64,000 bases of DNA from the human T2T-CHM13v2.0 reference genome, Homo sapiens, in NCBI RefSeq assembly GCF_009914755.1, contig NC_060940.1; one strand, written 5' to 3'. The position numbers were made by a program, and so were the translations under genes. The notes beneath the pieces are model-generated. The model searched no databases and was not told the DNA's origin. It worked only from the letters and a program-made list of their open reading frames with translations. Below, one piece after another: positions 58,330-64,000 of the stretch; within the stretch, counting starts at the first letter, position 1, and every line of letters begins with the position of its first letter.

Positions 58330-59091
58330 GAGATCAGCTTTCTTGACTTACAAAAAGACCTATCCCTGAGAGATAAAAAGCTCACAATGATAAGAATTCA
58401 AAACACTGGAAGATATATGTTGTAGGAACACAAAAACCCACTTTCCTCCAAGCCACCTGTCCTGACAAGGCTACTCCAATCTTTTCACTGAATCCTTCAG
58501 AAGGCCGGAAGATGAGTGCCGGGGAGAGACAGTTGTGCTGACATTACTGCCCGCATTCTCTCCAGATGAGCTGAGACACGTGCAGCCCAGGGCGGGTCGT
58601 CTGGCTGGTTTTGGTTATTCATCGCAGGCTGAAGAGTGGCCTTGGAATTTCAGAGCAGAGACTAATGGCTTTTCTCCTGAGAACATGCAATGATGTGACA
58701 TTTTAGAGAGAAGTCAAAACACCACAAACCATGGGGACTATCAGTGTTTCCACCACTCGTAAGTGGCAGATGAAAATCATGGCTAATCCCGTTACTTCTT
58801 TTTCTGTCCAAAGTGGCTTCGTAGGTAGAGAAAGGTGATCCGAGGGAGGTGATGTTTGTGGGCTTTGCGCATACAAATAAAATAGGAAATGCATCTCTGA
58901 GATAGCAGGGATGACGGGCACGTCTCTTAAACATGATTCACGCATCCTTGGCCCTCTTGTTGAGGTTTAACGATGTCTTCGTGGATCCACTTCTCCACTT
59001 AGCAGCATTCCAAACACAGTGAGGGGCATAAAAACCACCTGAAGACACACCCCCTTTGTTAGCAAAAAGCTTAGCATCTAGCCTGGGAGGA

Positions 59092-59501
59092 TGTTAGGGA
59101 CTGAACTGTGTCCCCTCCCACATTCCTATATGGAAGCCCTAACCTCCAGCACCTCCGAATGACTCCAAATGAGACTGCCTTTGGAAATAAGGTCTTTAAA
59201 GAGGTGATCAAGTTAAAATGAGCTCTTTAGGGTGGGTGCTGATCCGGTCACACTGGAGTCTTTATGAGAAGAGGAAAGTTAGATGCCAGGCGTGTGCATG
59301 CACTAAGATTAAAAAAAATAGCCACACAAAAACACATTGGGAAGGTGGCCGCCTGCAAGCCAGGAGAGAGGCCTCAAAAGAAACCAGCCCCGTGGACACC
59401 TTGATCTTGGATTTCTGGCCTCCAGAACTGTGAAAAAATAAATTTCTGTTGTTTAAGCCACACAGTCTGTGGTCCTTTGTTCAGCCTAAGCAAACAAATA
59501 C
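59092..59501 (+). mobile_element. MLT1B-like solo LTR
   Basis: tgttagggactgaactgtgtcc...aataaatttctgttgtttaagcca...caaataca. Confidence 0.8.
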
Positions 59502-61494
59502 AGAAAGGAGTCCGGATTCAGGTGTGGAAAATGATGATAATTCAATGTCAAAATGTTGCAACAGAAAATAAGTGTCTGGACAAAGAGGAAGGAGAGAGAA
59601 AAGAGGGAGTGGGCTTAAGCAAGGATCCTGGAGTTGGGAAGGACCTTCACCGATGTCTCCCCACAATCTTCCCTCCACGGATCCTTGCGTGACCGATGCC
59701 CCCTCATCCTCATGAGAGGCCCTGGCTGAGCAGAACCGGCCCAGGGACCTTGAGGCAGAGCGTGTGGGGAGCACAGTTTGTTTTTTAAGAGATGGCAGTG
59801 GGTTCATTTGATCCTATGCTGCTGAGGTTGATTTTCGTTTTTTGGGTTTTTTCTTAGATGAAAAGTGAATTTTTGAACTTGCCGTTAGCATTGCCCATGA
59901 ACTGTTTCCAGCTATTTCCACCCTCCATGCTTGGCTACTTTAGGGCCTGAAATGGTGATGCTGCTTCCTGTAGAGATGAAATGATGGAAGCGAGATGAGG
60001 TAACCTCCATGTACTTATTTCAAAATTTTTTATTTTAAATCAAGAAACTGCCATGCAGCTGGATGATCGGCAATGGAATGGGTGTTTGATTGAGTCTCAG
60101 AAGAAATGCTCTAAATAGCACTGGAAAATGACCATTAAAAAAAACAACCATAACAAAAAAAAAAAAAACCAAACCTCTCTCGGAGTCTGCATCATATAAA
60201 TCTAATAAGACAGAGCGAAAAATATTGGATTTATTTTTACAAGTTAGCTGTGACCTTTCCAACCTTCTGAATGGATTCACTTTGCACGGTTCCTCTTCAG
60301 GGCCTTAGGGTTATAAGTAACTCATAAAAATAAATCCAATATTTTCCCCTTAGCCATGTCATAGCCAACGTAGGAATTCAGATGATGGGGCAAGGGAGGT
60401 GGGTTTTCATTTCGTTTGACCTCCCATTATGAGAGGTGCTGAGTCCTCAGCCCTGGCCGGGCCTCCCCAGAACCTGTGTACAAAGAAGCAAAAACAAGGT
60501 ATTCATGTCGAGGCCAAGCCCAGGGCAGGGCATGGTGGGGACATGGTGGTCAGATGAGATGGCCCATGTGCAGTTGGATAGAGACACGGGATTCCTGGCC
60601 TGAGAGGCATGGGGAAGAGGGTTGTTAAAGTGGCATGTTTTCAGTGAGAAGAAAAATCTCAGTGTTGAAGAAGGGTCTTCCCCATGAGAGGGATTCGGTC
60701 TCCTTGGGGATGCTCTCTGAGATAGCAGGGATGACAGGCACGTCTCTTAAACATGATTCACGCGTCCTTGGCCCTCTTGTTGAGGTTTAACGACACAAGT
60801 CTTCGTGGATCCACTTCTCCACTTAGCAGCATTCTGAACAGGGTGAGGGGCATAAAAACCATCTGAAGACACACCCTCCTTGTTAGCGGAAAGCTTAGCA
60901 TCTAGCCTGGGAGGATGTTAGGGACTGAACTGTGTCCCCTCCCAAATTCCTATATTGAAGCGCTAACCTCCAGCGCCTTCATTGAGCCTTCATTGGGCAG
61001 GAAATGCCACCTGGGTCAGAGTCTCACCCTTTGTCACCTGCAGGGACCTCGTTCATGGGACAGATGTCTCTTGATTACCTACTGCATGCCAGGCAGTGAG
61101 GGCCCTGAGGATATGGGGTGAACAAAACCAGCACTGTTTCTGTCCCAGAGGAGCCTGTAGGCTAACACAGTATTCAGACACCAATCAAATAAACAGCAAT
61201 CCGTGTGTAATCATAAGGTAAGTCCTAGGGAGAAGACACAGGAGTCTTATGGAAGTGAATTGTGATGGGACGGTGGCTGAGTGGGAAGGAGGAACAGTCC
61301 CAGGGGGCTTCCTGGAAAAAGTGGCGATTGAGCCGATTGATGACTGGATTCTAACAGGTGGAGGAAGGGGTGGAGGAGAGATTTCCGGAAAGAGGCATTG
61401 GCATTCCTGTAGCAGGCTGGGCTCCCTGCGAGTGACTCTGAGGCAGGAGGGGTTTATCAGGCAGTTCACCAGTGATCAGCGTTTGTGGAAAGAA

Positions 61495-61542
61495 GGAAGG
61501 AAGGAAGGAAGGAAGGAAGGAAGGAAGGAAGGAAGGAAGGAA
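61495..61542. repeat. (GGAA)12 microsatellite within an LTR16-like element
   Basis: 12 uninterrupted GGAA units. Confidence 0.93.
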
Positions 61543-61634
61543 GCAGAGCTGGACAGAGGGAGAGATTGAGTATGAGTGGATCAAAGGAGGCCCCAGCCAA
61601 CCCCAGAGAGCTGGGAAGCTGGGATGATCCCTGG

Positions 61635-61986
61635 TGTATTAGTCCATTCTTATGCTGCTATGAAGAACTGTCCGAGACTGGGTGATTTACAAAGGAAAGA
61701 GGTTTGATTGACTCATAGTTCAGCATGGTTGGGGAAGCCTCAGGAAACTTCCAATCATAGGGGAAGCAAACATGTCCTTCTTTACATGGCTACAGGAGAG
61801 AGAATGAAGGCCGAATGAAGGGGGAAGCCCCTTATAAAACCATCAGATCTTGTGAGAACCCGCTCACTATCACGAGAACAACATGGGGGAACCATCCCTA
61901 TGATTCAATTATCCCCACCTTTGACACGTGGGGATTATTGCAATTCAAGATGAGACTTTGGGTGGGGACACAGCCAAACCGTATCA
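61635..61986 (-). mobile_element. THE1-type MaLR solo LTR
   Basis: tgtattagtcc...cagccaaaccgtatca, with a perfect 5-bp TSD cctgg (61630-61634, 61987-61991). Confidence 0.9.
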
Positions 61987-62459
61987 CCTGGGATGACCAC
62001 AGTGACTCATCCCTGAATGCAGGCCACTCTGGGGGGGGATGCAGGGGCTTGAACAAGGCAACTCTCTTTCCTGACACAATCTTTGAAGAGGGTTGACTGT
62101 GGATGGCCGTCAACCACTAGATCAGAGGCACATTCCAGCATCCACTACAATGTACAAGGGTCTTTCAGCAGGAAGAAACGTGAGGCCTTCTAAAAACTGG
62201 AAAGAGGCCACTGGGGAAGAGAATGAGAGTAAGGTGGGCCTGGAACATGCAGGTGTAGGGGCACCACCAGGATGTCAGCTGCAGAAGACTAGAAAAGAAC
62301 CCCACAGCACCTGGCTTCCCAGAATACAAGCATCATGTTGAGCCCACGTGATTGACAAGTACTAATTTTAGGGCTTCTTCTGTGTGCTGAGTATGAGGCA
62401 GAAAACTAAGAGAAAGATCCCAGCCCTCCAGCAGCTTGCACTCTTATGGGCAAGAAAAG

Positions 62460-62640
62460 ACACACATGCACACATGCACACACACATGTACACACAGGCA
62501 CACACACATGCATGCACACACATGCACACACACGCACACACACATACACACAGGCACATGCACATTCACACATGCATGTACACACACATGCATGCACACA
62601 CATATGCACACACAGGCACATGCACACATGCACACACATG
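62460..62640. repeat. CA/CATG alternating purine-pyrimidine repeat
   Basis: Read directly. Confidence 0.92.
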
Positions 62641-63098
62641 AACCTAAGAAGATAAGTCAAGAAAGGAGCATGACAAGCATTCAGAAGTGGGTAAATTTCC
62701 ATCTGTACTCTCAATGTCTACAAATTCCTCCCCTCCCACTCCTCCTAAATCCATTCCATTTGGGCCAGTCAACAGCAACTATGCTCACCAAAGACCCAAT
62801 GACCAGTATGTTGCTCAATCCAATTCTCAGTCCCCAGCATCCTTGACCTATCACGTCCCACTGGACACATGGGGTCATTTCCTCCTCTGCAGAACACCTG
62901 CCCCTGGCTTCCAGGACCCCACACCTCTGGGTCTCTTCCTACCTCTAGGGCCGCTCTTTCTCAGCATCCTTCGTGGGCCCTGCTTCTCCCAATCTCTTCA
63001 CTTTGTAGGACCCCAGGACTCAATCCTTGCACCCCTTCTCTCTTCCATCCTCATTCTTTCCCTGGGTCATTGAATCCCTTCCCGTGGCTTTAAATTCT

Positions 63099-63384
63099 TT
63101 TTTTGTTTGCTTGTTTTACAGATGGCGCCTCCCTCTATTGCCCAGGCAGTAGCGCAATCTCTGCTCACTGCAACCTCCACCTCTGGGTTCAAGCTATTCT
63201 CCTGTCTCAGCCTCCTGAGTAGCTGGGATTAAGGGTGCCCACCACAATGTCCAGCTAATTTTTTTGTATTTTTAGTAGAGACAGGGTTTCACCAAGTTGG
63301 CCAGGCTGGTCTCAAATTCCTGACCTCAAGTGATCTGCCCACCTCGGCCTCCCAAAGTGTTGGGATTACAGCCACCATGCCAGG
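63099..63384 (-). mobile_element. AluS
   Basis: TSD cccgtggctttaaattct at 63081-63098 and 63385-63402. Confidence 0.9.
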
Positions 63385-63407
63385 CCCGTGGCTTTAAATT
63401 CTATTAG

Positions 63408-64000
<593 letters not shown>

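Overview
Human (primate) genomic DNA, not microbial. The window holds the 3' end of FTO on the + strand (chr16q12.2, the FTO-IRX3/IRX5 regulatory block). It contains the distal ~17.7 kb of the last intron, then the terminal coding exon (acceptor AG 17769-17770, ending ...[12 protein letters not shown], stop 17922-17924). A 3' UTR follows with several candidate poly(A) signals (strongest at 20442, distal at 27932), then ~36 kb of repeat-rich downstream sequence. Almost all other track ORFs come from Alu, L1 or simple repeats, or are chance ORFs. I cannot support a new protein-coding system. The most promising candidate is a transposon-built 3'-end switch for FTO: an inverted Alu pair straddling the proximal poly(A) site, a distal poly(A) signal donated by an L1 tail, and a CpG-rich VNTR with REST half-sites just downstream. 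Also notable: an in-frame fossil of an ancient L2/CR1-type LINE ORF2 C-terminus in the long UTR, a TATA-Inr-Kozak ATG in frame with the last exon, and several local inverted or direct duplication scars. Gene identity rests on recognising the protein sequence. Repeat subfamily calls and most boundaries were made by eye and are approximate.
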